Part shown: in pieces, positions 8,593-17,399 of the stretch
Layout of the letters: every line of letters starts with the position of its first letter
Position numbering within the stretch: position 1 is the first letter of the stretch
NCBI GenBank assembly: GCA_001786765.1
Contig: MFTH01000013.1
Location: forward strand, 85,974 to 125,899
DNA from: Candidatus Nomurabacteria bacterium RIFCSPHIGHO2_01_FULL_37_25
Lineage (GTDB): Bacteria > Patescibacteriota > Minisyncoccia > Phycocordibacterales > UBA9973
Direction of reading: 5' to 3'
DNA length: 39,926 nucleotides
Program-made: the position numbers and the translations under genes
Notes under the pieces: generated by a model
Seen by the model: only the letters and a program-made list of their open reading frames with translations
What the model was told of the DNA's origin: nothing
Database searches by the model: none

Positions 8593-9564
8593 TTACAGTT
8601 TAGTCAGCGTAATCCAGTCTACCAAAGTTAAATCTTCCGCCCTTTTATTCCCCAATTCTGTCAAATATGTCAAAGTGTCTCTTTGACATACGCTTTTTAG
8701 GTTACTGGAGAGTTTTTTTCTTTTATGCGCAAAGCCAGCTTTTACTATTTTCCAGAATTTTTCTTCAAAATCTTGACTGTTCCAAGTTTTATCTTGAACA
8801 GTCGTTTTGCCTCCCTCTCCTTTATAAGGAGAGGGCTGGGGTGAGGTAAATATTTTTCGTGAGATGTTTTTTATAGCGATTATTGCTGAATTTACTTTTG
8901 GCGCCGGAGAAAAATATCTTTTATCAACTTTGGCGATCATTTTTACTTCTCCATATGCTTTGACTGAAATAGATAAGATGCTTTCTTTCTTGCCCGCCGA
9001 AGCTTTAGCGGAGGAGGGGCTATTTCCCAATATTCTTTGAGCCACTTCGTGTTGAACCATCAATACCATGCTTTCGGGTTGATTTAATCCTCCCAAAAAT
9101 TTTTTCAAAATCGCGCCGGTGATGTTGTAAGGGATATTAGCGATAATTTTATAGGTACTAGGCTTCAGGCCGTAGGCATTAGTATTAAAATCTAAAATAT
9201 CTCCGCATACTAGTATGAGAGTATTTAATTTTATCTGTTCAGCAAATTTGTTCTGCAAAATTTCATAAAGTTCTTTATCTTTCTCTATCGCTAGAACCTT
9301 GCACCTAGTCCCTAACAACTTTTCTGTCAGCGCTCCTTTACCGGGACCTATTTCTAGTATTATATCGTTCTGTTTTATTTCTCCCGCTTCAACAATCTTG
9401 CGGAGCGCTGTTTCAGATTTTAAAAAATTCTGCCCCAAAATTTTTCTTGGCACGAACTTTTTCTGGGTACGGATTTTTTGAAGCTTAAAAAATCCTGAAA
9501 TTGGCTCGCCGTCGCTCGCCAAACCCCCTCCAAAAGTTGTGCCTGCGACAAATTTTCTTTTCAT
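8593..9564 (-). CDS. rsmA: 16S rRNA m6,6A1518/1519 dimethyltransferase, carrying several palindromic insertions
   Basis: LGQNFL, ILEIGPGKGALT, IANIPYNIT, MVQHEVAQR, FSPAPKVNSA and FAHKRKKL motifs. Confidence 0.95.
   Translation of the reverse strand: MKRKFVAGTTFGGGLASDGEPISGFFKLQKIRTQKKFVPRKILGQNFLKSETALRKIVEAGEIKQNDIILEIGPGKGALTEKLLGTRCKVLAIEKDKELYEILQNKFAEQIKLNTLILVCGDILDFNTNAYGLKPSTYKIIANIPYNITGAILKKFLGGLNQPESMVLMVQHEVAQRILGNSPSSAKASAGKKESILSISVKAYGEVKMIAKVDKRYFSPAPKVNSAIIAIKNISRKIFTSPQPSPYKGEGGKTTVQDKTWNSQDFEEKFWKIVKAGFAHKRKKLSSNLKSVCQRDTLTYLTELGNKRAEDLTLVDWITLTKL
8666..8690. repeat. Perfect hairpin in-frame in rsmA
   Basis: TATGTCAAAG-TGTCT-CTTTGACATA; encodes VCQRDTLTY. Confidence 0.55.
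8775..8803. repeat. Hairpin in-frame in rsmA
   Basis: GACTGTT-c-CAAG-TTTTAT-CTTG-AACAGTC; encodes TTVQDKTWNSQ. Confidence 0.55.
8811..8847. repeat. REP-like palindrome in-frame in rsmA (family C)
   Basis: CCCTCTCCTT-TAT-AAGGAGAGGG followed by CTGGGGTGAGGT; encodes TSPQPSPYKGEG. Confidence 0.7.
8989..9020 (-). repeat. Family B palindromic insertion in rsmA
   Basis: Minus strand CCCCTCCTCCGCTAAAGCTTCGGCGGGCAAG; encodes SPSSAKASAGK. Confidence 0.75.
9437..9556 (+). repeat. Family A three-way-junction element forming the rsmA N-terminus
   Basis: Core GGTACGGATTTTTTGAAGCTTAAAAAATCCTGAA is identical to 33369-33402; long outer stem; 120 bp, in frame. Confidence 0.85.
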
Positions 9565-11726
9565 ATATAAATCGTCTTTATTCTATCTTTTTCTCCTTCT
9601 TTTTCTAATAAATCTGCTGGAATGTCGCTGATAAACTCTGATGGAGCATTAATATTGCGAGCTCCAAAAATGGTGCGAAAATTCGCAAATGATAAAAACA
9701 ATTTTTCTTTAGCGCGGGTGATTGCCACATAAAAAAGCCTGCGTTCTTCTTCCTGCGCCTCGCCGTAGCCTTGCGCGGAGGTGGAGCTATCTTCATTATG
9801 ACGCTCATGCGGGAAAAGTCCGTCTTCTAGTCCTGTGATAAAAACATGTTTAAATTCAAGCCCTTTTGAAGCGTGCACAGTCATTAACTTGACCGCATTT
9901 ATTTTTTCTTTTTTATCTTCATTAATTATTAGTGAATCTTGGTCTGAAGCTAGTGAAGCGTCTTCCAGAAGTTTTTCTATTCCACGACCGTTTTCTAGGT
10001 TGTCATATTTAAGAGCCAATGTTGCCAACTCTTTTATGTTTTCCAGTCTTTCTTTGTCTTCTTCTGTGCCAGAGGAAAGTTCATTTTCAATGCCGGACTT
10101 TTTTACCACAAATTTGATTACTTCAGATGTTTTTACTTGCTCTATTTTTTCTTTTATCTCTTCCAGTATTTTGTAAAAATTATCAATTTTAATTTTCATT
10201 TTTATGGGCAGGTTTTCGATATCATTGGCCCAGCCTTCGCCGAGGCTTCGGCGGGGCGAAGCAAAAATTTTGATTAAAGTAACTTTGCCTATGCCTCGCG
10301 CGGGGAAATTTATTATTCTTTTTATGTCTCCTAGACTATTTCTGTTTAAGGCTGCGCGCAAATATGCTAAAGTGTCTTTTATTTCTTTTCTTTCAAAAAA
10401 TTTAATTCCCAAAACTTGATACGGAATATTGTATCGTAGCATCGCTTCTTCTAAGGCTCTGGATTGGAAGTTTGCTCGATACAGAATGGCAATTTCGGAG
10501 AGAATGTTCTTTTTTTCATAAACGGAGCTGTCAGCAGGATCATCTTTTGTGGGGTCGCTGTCTCCGCGTGCTCGCGGAGCGCTGCCTCTCGGCTCGTCAG
10601 CCTGCGAGACACCCCAAAAAGATGATCCTGCTTCAGCTATTTCTAAAATCTTTGTGGCCACGAAGTCGGCTTCGTCATTTTCATCTAGCGCTTCATACAG
10701 TCCTATCTTTTCTCCCAGATCATTTTTTGTAAATAAATTCTTGTCCGGTCTGTATTTATTTTTTTTAATTACCACATTCGCCGCCTCCAAGATGTTTTGT
10801 GTTGAGCGATAATTCTCTTCTAGTAGAATTATTTTTGCATTCGGATAATCCTTCTCGAAATTTAAAATATTTTTCAAATTCGCTCCCCGCCACGAATATA
10901 TATTTTGATCTACATCACCAACTACACAAATATTTTTATTATTTTCTGCCAGCATTTTGGCCATCAAATACTGTACTTCGTTGGTGTCTTGATATTCATC
11001 TATGTGGACATATTTCCATTTTTCTTGATAAATTTTTCTAATTTGTTCATTTTCCTTCAACAATTTTGCCGCTTTTAAAAGCAAGTCGTCGAAATCCAAC
11101 GAATTTTCTTTTATTTTCTTTTTTTCATATAAATTCCAAACTTGCGCCACGATTCTCCCGAAAGAATTCGCGCTATTTATTTCTTCATAATCCGCCAAAT
11201 GCGTGAATTTTCCCTTCTCCCGCGAGATGACATTTTTTATTTTCTTCGGGTCATATTGCTTCGGGTCAATAGCAAGCTCTTTTTCCGCTTCTTTTATCAA
11301 ACTCGTGGCGTCATTCTCGTCTAGAATAGTGAAATATTTTGTCAGCCCTAAAATCCGCGCATTTTCTTTTATTATGTAAACTCCGAGAGAATGAAAAGTA
11401 GAAATAAAAGGTTCGCGATATTGCGTTCTGTCACCACGAAAATTTTCTACTGAAAATTTTCTCTGTCCGTCGTCGCCACTCCTCCCAAGGGTTCCATAAC
11501 GCAATATCGCTTTCTCTATCCGTTCGCGCATTTCTTTGGCGGCTTTATTGGTAAATGTTACAGCCAAAATATGCTCTGGCGACACGCCATTTTTTATCAG
11601 ATTTACTATTTTATGCGTTATAGTTTTAGTTTTCCCCGCTCCCGCGCCAGCTATAATAAGCAGTGGACCATCTATATGTTCCGCCGCTTCTCTTTGTTTT
11701 TTATTCAAGCCTGCCAGATGTTGCAC
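9561..11726 (-). CDS. pcrA: ATP-dependent DNA helicase PcrA/UvrD with four palindromic insertions
   Basis: AGAGAGKT, TFTNKAA, IDEYQDTN, VGDVDQNIYSWRGA, LEENYRST, TVHASKGLEF and EERRLFYVAITRA motifs. Confidence 0.95.
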   Translation of the reverse strand: MQHLAGLNKKQREAAEHIDGPLLIIAGAGAGKTKTITHKIVNLIKNGVSPEHILAVTFTNKAAKEMRERIEKAILRYGTLGRSGDDGQRKFSVENFRGDRTQYREPFISTFHSLGVYIIKENARILGLTKYFTILDENDATSLIKEAEKELAIDPKQYDPKKIKNVISREKGKFTHLADYEEINSANSFGRIVAQVWNLYEKKKIKENSLDFDDLLLKAAKLLKENEQIRKIYQEKWKYVHIDEYQDTNEVQYLMAKMLAENNKNICVVGDVDQNIYSWRGANLKNILNFEKDYPNAKIILLEENYRSTQNILEAANVVIKKNKYRPDKNLFTKNDLGEKIGLYEALDENDEADFVATKILEIAEAGSSFWGVSQADEPRGSAPRARGDSDPTKDDPADSSVYEKKNILSEIAILYRANFQSRALEEAMLRYNIPYQVLGIKFFERKEIKDTLAYLRAALNRNSLGDIKRIINFPARGIGKVTLIKIFASPRRSLGEGWANDIENLPIKMKIKIDNFYKILEEIKEKIEQVKTSEVIKFVVKKSGIENELSSGTEEDKERLENIKELATLALKYDNLENGRGIEKLLEDASLASDQDSLIINEDKKEKINAVKLMTVHASKGLEFKHVFITGLEDGLFPHERHNEDSSTSAQGYGEAQEEERRLFYVAITRAKEKLFLSFANFRTIFGARNINAPSEFISDIPADLLEKEGEKDRIKTIYI
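9753..9788 (-). repeat. Family B insertion in pcrA
   Basis: Minus strand CTCCACCTCCGCGCAAGGCTACGGCGAGGCGCAG; encodes SSTSAQGYGEAQ. Confidence 0.7.
10227..10262 (+). repeat. Family B insertion in pcrA, opposite orientation
   Basis: GGCCCAGCCTTCGCCGAGGCTTCGGCGGGGCGAAGC; encodes ASPRRSLGEGWA. Confidence 0.75.
10526..10638 (+). repeat. Family A element in-frame in pcrA
   Basis: 16-bp perfect stem AGCAGGATCATCTTTT/AAAAGATGATCCTGCT; inner hairpins CTCCGCG-TGCT-CGCGGAG and TCTC-GGCT-CGTC-AGCC-TGCGAGAC. Confidence 0.8.
11415..11510 (+). repeat. Family A-like stem element in-frame in pcrA (96 bp, 32 codons)
   Basis: Perfect 13-bp inverted repeat GCGATATTGCGTT/AACGCAATATCGC; inner hairpin GAAAATTTTC-TACT-GAAAATTTTC. 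Confidence 0.75.
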
Positions 11727-11732
11727 TTATCA

Positions 11733-11741
11733 AATATAACA
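11733..11741 (-). promoter_or_regulatory. Extended -10 (TGtTATATT) for leaderless pcrA
   Basis: 6 nt upstream of GTG 11726. Confidence 0.5.
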
Positions 11742-11761
11742 CAAGTATCCAAATATGATTA

Positions 11762-12058
11762 CTATTTAGTTAAACTAGATCTTAAATCTTCAATTTTTAT
11801 CTTTTCCGCAAGAATTTTTTTAGCTTTATCTATTTGGCTTATAGCATCCAAGCCTTGCTTTTGTATTTCCGCTATATCTTTTACACCTTTTGTTTCGTCC
11901 ATCAACGCTTCTTCAAAAAACGCAAAAGTTAATTTGTCTTGCATTTCTTTTGGGAATTTTTGCAAATTATTAATTAAAAAAATTCGAGCGCCTTCCTCGT
12001 CATTTTTTTCTACAAAAGTTAGAAATTCATTGTATAATTCTGAAAATGTATTGTTCAT
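11762..12058 (-). CDS. Hypothetical helical protein
   Basis: 98-aa ORF in a co-oriented run; no motif recognised. Confidence 0.7.
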   Translation of the reverse strand: MNNTFSELYNEFLTFVEKNDEEGARIFLINNLQKFPKEMQDKLTFAFFEEALMDETKGVKDIAEIQKQGLDAISQIDKAKKILAEKIKIEDLRSSLTK

Positions 12059-12073
12059 AATTGATTATTTTTA

Positions 12074-13135
12074 TTAGCTTAATGTATTTCTCTTGTCATT
12101 AATGTTTCCTTCAAGCCATGCCGCAAAAATGCTAGCCCAAAATCCTTTGTTTTTCTTATTTTTTTCTTCATATTTTGTCTTTTGTTCAGCAATAAACATA
12201 TCTTTAACAATATCTTGTTCAAGCGTATTTTTCCCCGCATAGTCAGAGCTTGTTTTATATCTTTCCCAGTCTTCATTGAATTCCTTTTCGTCTAAAGTAG
12301 TTTCCTTTTTTGCATCAAGGAATCCAGTCTTTTTTTCTGTTGCCACCGGCGCGCTTTCTGATAGTAATTCTTTAGACAGAGCATCTCTCATATCATCATT
12401 ACCGCTAACACTAGCAAATAGAATAGAACCAATATCGCTCTTATATTTATCTAATTCGGCATAAGAATCTTCAAGTGAACGGGCGGCAGTATTCAAATTA
12501 TTTAAAAGATCTTTATTAAGCCTATTCCACCAAAGCCCCCCATACTTTTTTGCTAGTTGCTTTATCGCTTCCTTCTTTTCAATAGGATCTTTTATTGCCA
12601 GAGTGTCTAAATATTCCTGCGAAGTAATACCATTATCATTCAATAATTTGTCAACTTTATCACTCGTTTCTTTGTCTTTTCCATTCTTAAAACTATCATG
12701 TATATCTATTGGCTTGGCAATTGCATCAAAGCTATCTTCATCATTAAAGCATATTTCTTTCAGCTGGTTGCGTATTACTTTTAAGGCTTTTTTAGGAGTA
12801 AGACTATCAAGTATTTTTGCAAAATCGGGATGCTTGCGCGCAATTTCAATTATGTTTTCTTCGGTCAGTAAATTTTCAATCCTTTCCGATTGAGCGATTT
12901 TTTTTGAAAATTCTACCCTGTATTCGCTAAGAAGTTCAAGATCATCTTTTTCAAGTTTTCCTTCCCTGATTCTTTGCCCCAGATCTTGTTGCCCATCTTT
13001 TTCAAGCAGTTTACCAAAAAGGTCAGACTTGTTTTTATCTTGCAATATTTCCGCTACAGTATGACCTACTGGAGGTGGCGTAGTATGTACTTTATTATCT
13101 TCTTTACTTTTTCTAAAATCGTCCATTATTCCCAT
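12074..13135 (-). CDS. Hypothetical charged helical protein
   Basis: 353-aa D/E/K-rich ORF with an amphipathic C-terminus (KGFWASIFAAWL). Confidence 0.75.
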   Translation of the reverse strand: MGIMDDFRKSKEDNKVHTTPPPVGHTVAEILQDKNKSDLFGKLLEKDGQQDLGQRIREGKLEKDDLELLSEYRVEFSKKIAQSERIENLLTEENIIEIARKHPDFAKILDSLTPKKALKVIRNQLKEICFNDEDSFDAIAKPIDIHDSFKNGKDKETSDKVDKLLNDNGITSQEYLDTLAIKDPIEKKEAIKQLAKKYGGLWWNRLNKDLLNNLNTAARSLEDSYAELDKYKSDIGSILFASVSGNDDMRDALSKELLSESAPVATEKKTGFLDAKKETTLDEKEFNEDWERYKTSSDYAGKNTLEQDIVKDMFIAEQKTKYEEKNKKNKGFWASIFAAWLEGNINDKRNTLS

Positions 13136-13299
13136 ATATTTATCATAAAACTTTTAATCTTAATAAGCTATTTGTAACTAAAGGCTCTCAATATTATATA
13201 AATTAATATTTTTTCTGTCAATTTTCCGTTATATTACTTGATAATTTTCAAATTATATTATACTATTTTTATCTTTTCCTCAAGAATTTTTCTAGAATT

Positions 13300-13626
13300 T
13301 TATTTAATCTGTTCGAGAACAGACAATGATTCATTTCTGAAATTTTCTGATTCTTCTCCAATAATATTCAAAAATCCAGGAACTTTTTCAAAGAAAAAAT
13401 CAAGAACCACATCTGGCATAGCGTTACTTTCTATTAATTTTTCATACTCTTCTAGGTCATTTTTTTCTAAAAGGGGCAGAACCCTGGTCAATACTGATTG
13501 GAAAATTATTTTTCCAATTCGAGATATCATTTCTTCTTGTTTATCCTCAGGTAATTTGTTGATTCCAAACAAAGTTATAATATTTTTACGAACTTCTTCT
13601 TGCGCTACTAGTGTATTTGTATTCAT
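13300..13626 (-). CDS. Small conserved CPR-type protein (DUF5663-like)
   Basis: NIITLFGINKLPEDKQEEMISRIGKIIFQSVLTRVLPLL pattern; family assignment from memory only. Confidence 0.6.
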   Translation of the reverse strand: MNTNTLVAQEEVRKNIITLFGINKLPEDKQEEMISRIGKIIFQSVLTRVLPLLEKNDLEEYEKLIESNAMPDVVLDFFFEKVPGFLNIIGEESENFRNESLSVLEQIK

Positions 13627-13656
13627 ATTTTTAATTTCATTATTAATAATTTTATA

Positions 13657-16600
13657 TTAGACTTTTATAATATAGTTTTTTACTTCATCTAATTTTCCCA
13701 TTTCAGCCGCTTTTTGCAAGGCTCGAGCAATGTAGTGTTCTGTATTTTCTTTTTTCCAGAAAAAGCTATCAGTTGGTCTAAGACCGGTGTATTCTTGAAG
13801 TTTGTGAATGTATACAAGAAAATGATTTTCCGGATCTTCTTGTTTTAGTAAATTTCCAACATTAGAATATCTTATTTTTTGCCATTCATTTATTTTCTCA
13901 CCAGAGAAAATTCCTTTCAGAATTTCTTGATGAGTTTGATAAACCCCTATTAACCCTTCCCCGCTTAAATGAAAAGGATTTCCAATAATAAATTCAGGAT
14001 GTTCCTCTAATAAACGACTTTGTTCCATAGAAATATCTGAAAAAAGTTGGCCCCGATTTATACTGAATCCAAATGTATTATCATTTTGCCCAGCGTTTCT
14101 TTGTATACCAATTCTTCCTATTTCCTCAGGTATTTCAGCATACTTTTTTAGTGTATTAGCTCTTGCTGTCTCTATGGGAGAATTATTTTTATGTTCAGGA
14201 TTAACTTTTTCAATATTATCTGAATCAAACATTGCCCCAGTGTATTTTTCTACATCTTGTCCAATTTTTGCATCATGAAAAATTATTTTCCCAGTTGTTT
14301 CATCGTACTTTAGACTTGATCCTTTCATAATGTATGCGCTTTCTGCAGTGTTGTTGGGGTCATAGAAACCTAAGTCTATCGCTTGTCTAGTAGCGTTCGT
14401 GTCTTTCAAAAATTCTTGGATATTTTTTGGTAAAACTGTAATATCTGGATATTTAGCTCTAAGATCTGCCTTGAAATCAATCAACCCTTGTATACCACCC
14501 TTTCCTTTGTCAAAAACATAACTTCCTTCTGGTGTTGTTTCTTGTGTTTCAATAGTAGATGTGTTAAAAGACGCTGGGATAACAGTTGGTGTTGTATGGT
14601 CAGAAGAAGCCCCTGGCTCATGTGTTTTTGATGGTGTAGTTGTGGGTGTTTTTGATCCTGATTCAATACCTAAAGCTTGAGCTGCATTTTTCGGTAAAGT
14701 TTCGCTTCTTTCAAATCCTCCATTTGCATTATATATATTATATGTTCCATCAGGAAATATTTTATACTTAGCTCCTCCCGATCTTTCTGCGTATATTATT
14801 TTTTTTCCATTTTCATAAGTTTCCCGTAATTTTGTTATATTTGGATCTACTTTTTTCAGTTGTGTAAGTTTTTCATCGAGAGTCTTTGTTGGGTTTTTAG
14901 CTTCAGCTGTTTCTGTCGTTTTGTCTTCAGACTCTATTTTTTCTTCTGCAGGTTTTTGACCACTAGGAGTATCTATTTCAGGTTTTGGTGGAGTTTCTGG
15001 TTCTAATTTAATACCCAAAACACTTTTCATATTATCTGCTATAGTTCCTTTGTCATAAAGTATTTTCTGGTTATTATAAGACTCATATTTTCCATCAGGA
15101 AATATTTTATGCGTATATCCATTATCAGATTTTAAAATAAAGGTTTTTTCTCCTCTTCCATTGACTCCCCCCTGTAACTCTTTTATAAATGGAAATATTT
15201 TTTTCACCTCTGTAAGTGTTTCTAGTTCTTCAGGAGACATGCTTGTTTCAGTTGAAACCGGTGGTTGTTCTGTTCTTTCTTGCTCTTGTATTGGCTGGGG
15301 TGGTTGTAAAGCTTTTTCCATTTTTGGTGGAAGGGAATCTCCTTTAGTAAATAATTTTCCATCTATATCATAAAGTTCATAAGAATTTTTATCAGGAAAT
15401 ATTTTATATATGTATTCGCTTTTTGGGTTTTTTGCAAAAAATACTTCCTCCCCGTTCTCTTCAATTTTCTGTACTTCTGTTATAAATGGATCGAATGGTT
15501 TCAATTTTGTAAGTACTTCATTTTCTTCGGGAGACATATCTCCAGTAAATACAGACTGGTCTAATGCATTAGTTTTTGTTGGCGATTCAACATTTGGTAG
15601 TTGAGTTCCTTGCCGTAATCTATTAAAGGGTGAGTTCTCAAATGCTTGATGATTTGCGTTTATTGCAGTCATTGTGCCGAGACCAACTCCAATCGTTAAA
15701 GCTCCACCAAGAATATTTTTTGCCCATTGGTATCTTTTTAATTTTTTTCCTATATCATTGTTATATGTGTTTTCATATGTATTCAAAATATCAGCTAAGT
15801 TAGTTTCATTAAAAGCATCTGAGCTGATTAAAGGACTCATTTCGTGTTTATTAGATATTTTTTCTTTTAAATCTTTTATTTTTTTATCGATAAAATAATT
15901 TAATGCTCTTCTTCCAGCAAACCCCCCAGCTGCAACACCAGCCACTATACACCCACCAAATAAAAAGGAAATACTAGTTCCTCCAAGCATTGCAAGATTT
16001 TGAATAGTGAAAATCTTATTTTTTTTGTTTTCATCCCCCTTCTTTTTAAATGACTTTAGGTGTTCTATGAGTTCCGAACCTGTTTTTGAAGTTAGTGCCA
16101 TATTCAACCCTACAGCAGCGCTCACTCGAGCACCCAATCTAGCTGAAACCATAAGCGCTGATGATGAACCAATGCCGAGAAGCGCCGCAGAAGCTAATGT
16201 TGCTCCCCCAATCAAGGCAGTACTAGAAAAAACCTTGAACGCTTTTCCTTTTTTAGTTTTTTCTAAATTAGCCCACCATTTATTGGTTTTAGCGAGAGGT
16301 CTTTCTAGAAGACCAGTTTTAGCGATAGCTTCAGCATCAAAATCTTCTTTTGCTTTTAAGAATAGTTCTCGCGCTAATTCTTCTTTTTTTTCTGTGGAAA
16401 GACCAGGTTGTTTATTTAATTCTTCTTTGATCCTTTGCGCTATAGCTACTGTGTCCATCTTTGATACTGGTTTTATAACAGGATCTGTTTCATCAATTTC
16501 TGACTTACTCTTTTTTGTTCTAGCTTTTTCAAGAGAAGCTTTTAATTTTTCAATGTCTTCTGCTCTTTTACGTCTCTTTTCTTTTAATTCCTCAAGAGCT

Positions 16601-16710
16601 TTTTCTTCTGGATCTGTTTCATCAATTTCTGGCGCACCTTCTTTTTCTGCTCTTTTTAATGCTTCTTTTTCTCTTTCTGCTTTTTTTAATGCGTCGTATG
16701 TTTTTGACAT
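13657..16710 (-). CDS. Large membrane-anchored repeat protein
   Basis: MSKTYDALKKAE start, coiled coil, Gly/Ala-rich TM segments, three ~60-aa repeats (YKIFPD/HKIFPDG/YKIFPDG) separated by Pro/Thr/Glu linkers. Confidence 0.8.
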   Translation of the reverse strand: MSKTYDALKKAEREKEALKRAEKEGAPEIDETDPEEKALEELKEKRRKRAEDIEKLKASLEKARTKKSKSEIDETDPVIKPVSKMDTVAIAQRIKEELNKQPGLSTEKKEELARELFLKAKEDFDAEAIAKTGLLERPLAKTNKWWANLEKTKKGKAFKVFSSTALIGGATLASAALLGIGSSSALMVSARLGARVSAAVGLNMALTSKTGSELIEHLKSFKKKGDENKKNKIFTIQNLAMLGGTSISFLFGGCIVAGVAAGGFAGRRALNYFIDKKIKDLKEKISNKHEMSPLISSDAFNETNLADILNTYENTYNNDIGKKLKRYQWAKNILGGALTIGVGLGTMTAINANHQAFENSPFNRLRQGTQLPNVESPTKTNALDQSVFTGDMSPEENEVLTKLKPFDPFITEVQKIEENGEEVFFAKNPKSEYIYKIFPDKNSYELYDIDGKLFTKGDSLPPKMEKALQPPQPIQEQERTEQPPVSTETSMSPEELETLTEVKKIFPFIKELQGGVNGRGEKTFILKSDNGYTHKIFPDGKYESYNNQKILYDKGTIADNMKSVLGIKLEPETPPKPEIDTPSGQKPAEEKIESEDKTTETAEAKNPTKTLDEKLTQLKKVDPNITKLRETYENGKKIIYAERSGGAKYKIFPDGTYNIYNANGGFERSETLPKNAAQALGIESGSKTPTTTPSKTHEPGASSDHTTPTVIPASFNTSTIETQETTPEGSYVFDKGKGGIQGLIDFKADLRAKYPDITVLPKNIQEFLKDTNATRQAIDLGFYDPNNTAESAYIMKGSSLKYDETTGKIIFHDAKIGQDVEKYTGAMFDSDNIEKVNPEHKNNSPIETARANTLKKYAEIPEEIGRIGIQRNAGQNDNTFGFSINRGQLFSDISMEQSRLLEEHPEFIIGNPFHLSGEGLIGVYQTHQEILKGIFSGEKINEWQKIRYSNVGNLLKQEDPENHFLVYIHKLQEYTGLRPTDSFFWKKENTEHYIARALQKAAEMGKLDEVKNYIIKV

Positions 16711-16720
16711 ATATGCTTAA

Positions 16721-16834
16721 TTATTTTTTCAATGCCTTTTGCATTAGAGCCAACTCAGGATTAGTCCTCGCAATAAGTTCTTTGTTGTCTCTGTCACTTT
16801 CGTCTAGTTTTTCAAGGGCTTCTTTAATTTTCAT
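16721..16834 (-). CDS. 37-aa ORF, possibly a frameshifted tail of 16860..17366
   Basis: MKIKEALEKLDESDRDNKELIARTNPELALMQKALKK. Resembles the IEEANKDNKEALA module of neighbouring genes and is separated from the upstream ORF by A-runs. Confidence 0.4.
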   Translation of the reverse strand: MKIKEALEKLDESDRDNKELIARTNPELALMQKALKK

Positions 16835-16859
16835 CTTTTTTCTTTTTTAATAATTTCTT

Positions 16860-17366
16860 TTAACGTTTTCTTAGTTTTTCCACATTTTTTTTAATTTGCA
16901 TCTTTTTTTTAAGAGCTTCTTTTAACCTTTCCTCTAAAATCTTATCTTTCTCATCCTCTGCGATTTCTTTTCTAAGCCTTCTTTCTATTTCAGCAATCCC
17001 ACCTACTTTTTCTGGGTCTGCTTCTTCATCAGCCATTTTCCAACCCTCATCTTCTTCCATTTCTTCTAAAAATATATTTCTTTTTTCTTTTAAAGATTTT
17101 ACAGGTGTAGCCGTTTCTTCTTCTGGCGCTTCTGCCGCTGCCGTTTTTACAGGTGCAGGTGCAGATGTAAGTGCGAATGTTGCTTCAGGTTCAGTTGATA
17201 CTTTTCCTTCAGCTTCTGCTAAAGCCACCAGTGCACGCCGTAAATCTTCTCTAGTTTTATTGTCGCTTTCTTCTATCTCTGCGTCTCTTTTTCCAATATC
17301 TCTGAGAGTTTTTTCAATTTCCTGTTCTCTTTCTACTCTTTTTAATGCCTCATAAGTTTTTGACAT
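16860..17366 (-). CDS. Hypothetical charged protein, possibly truncated
   Basis: Starts MSKTYEALKRVE like 13657..16710 and ends in poly-A-rich sequence. Confidence 0.65.
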   Translation of the reverse strand: MSKTYEALKRVEREQEIEKTLRDIGKRDAEIEESDNKTREDLRRALVALAEAEGKVSTEPEATFALTSAPAPVKTAAAEAPEEETATPVKSLKEKRNIFLEEMEEDEGWKMADEEADPEKVGGIAEIERRLRKEIAEDEKDKILEERLKEALKKKMQIKKNVEKLRKR

Positions 17367-17399
17367 ACATTTATATTATATAATAATTTAAACTTTATG

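Noticed and set aside
9561-11726. Inteins or introns in pcrA and rsmA
   Set aside because: The inserts are only 10-40 aa, lack Cys/Ser...His-Asn splice motifs, and are far too short for group I/II intron cores.
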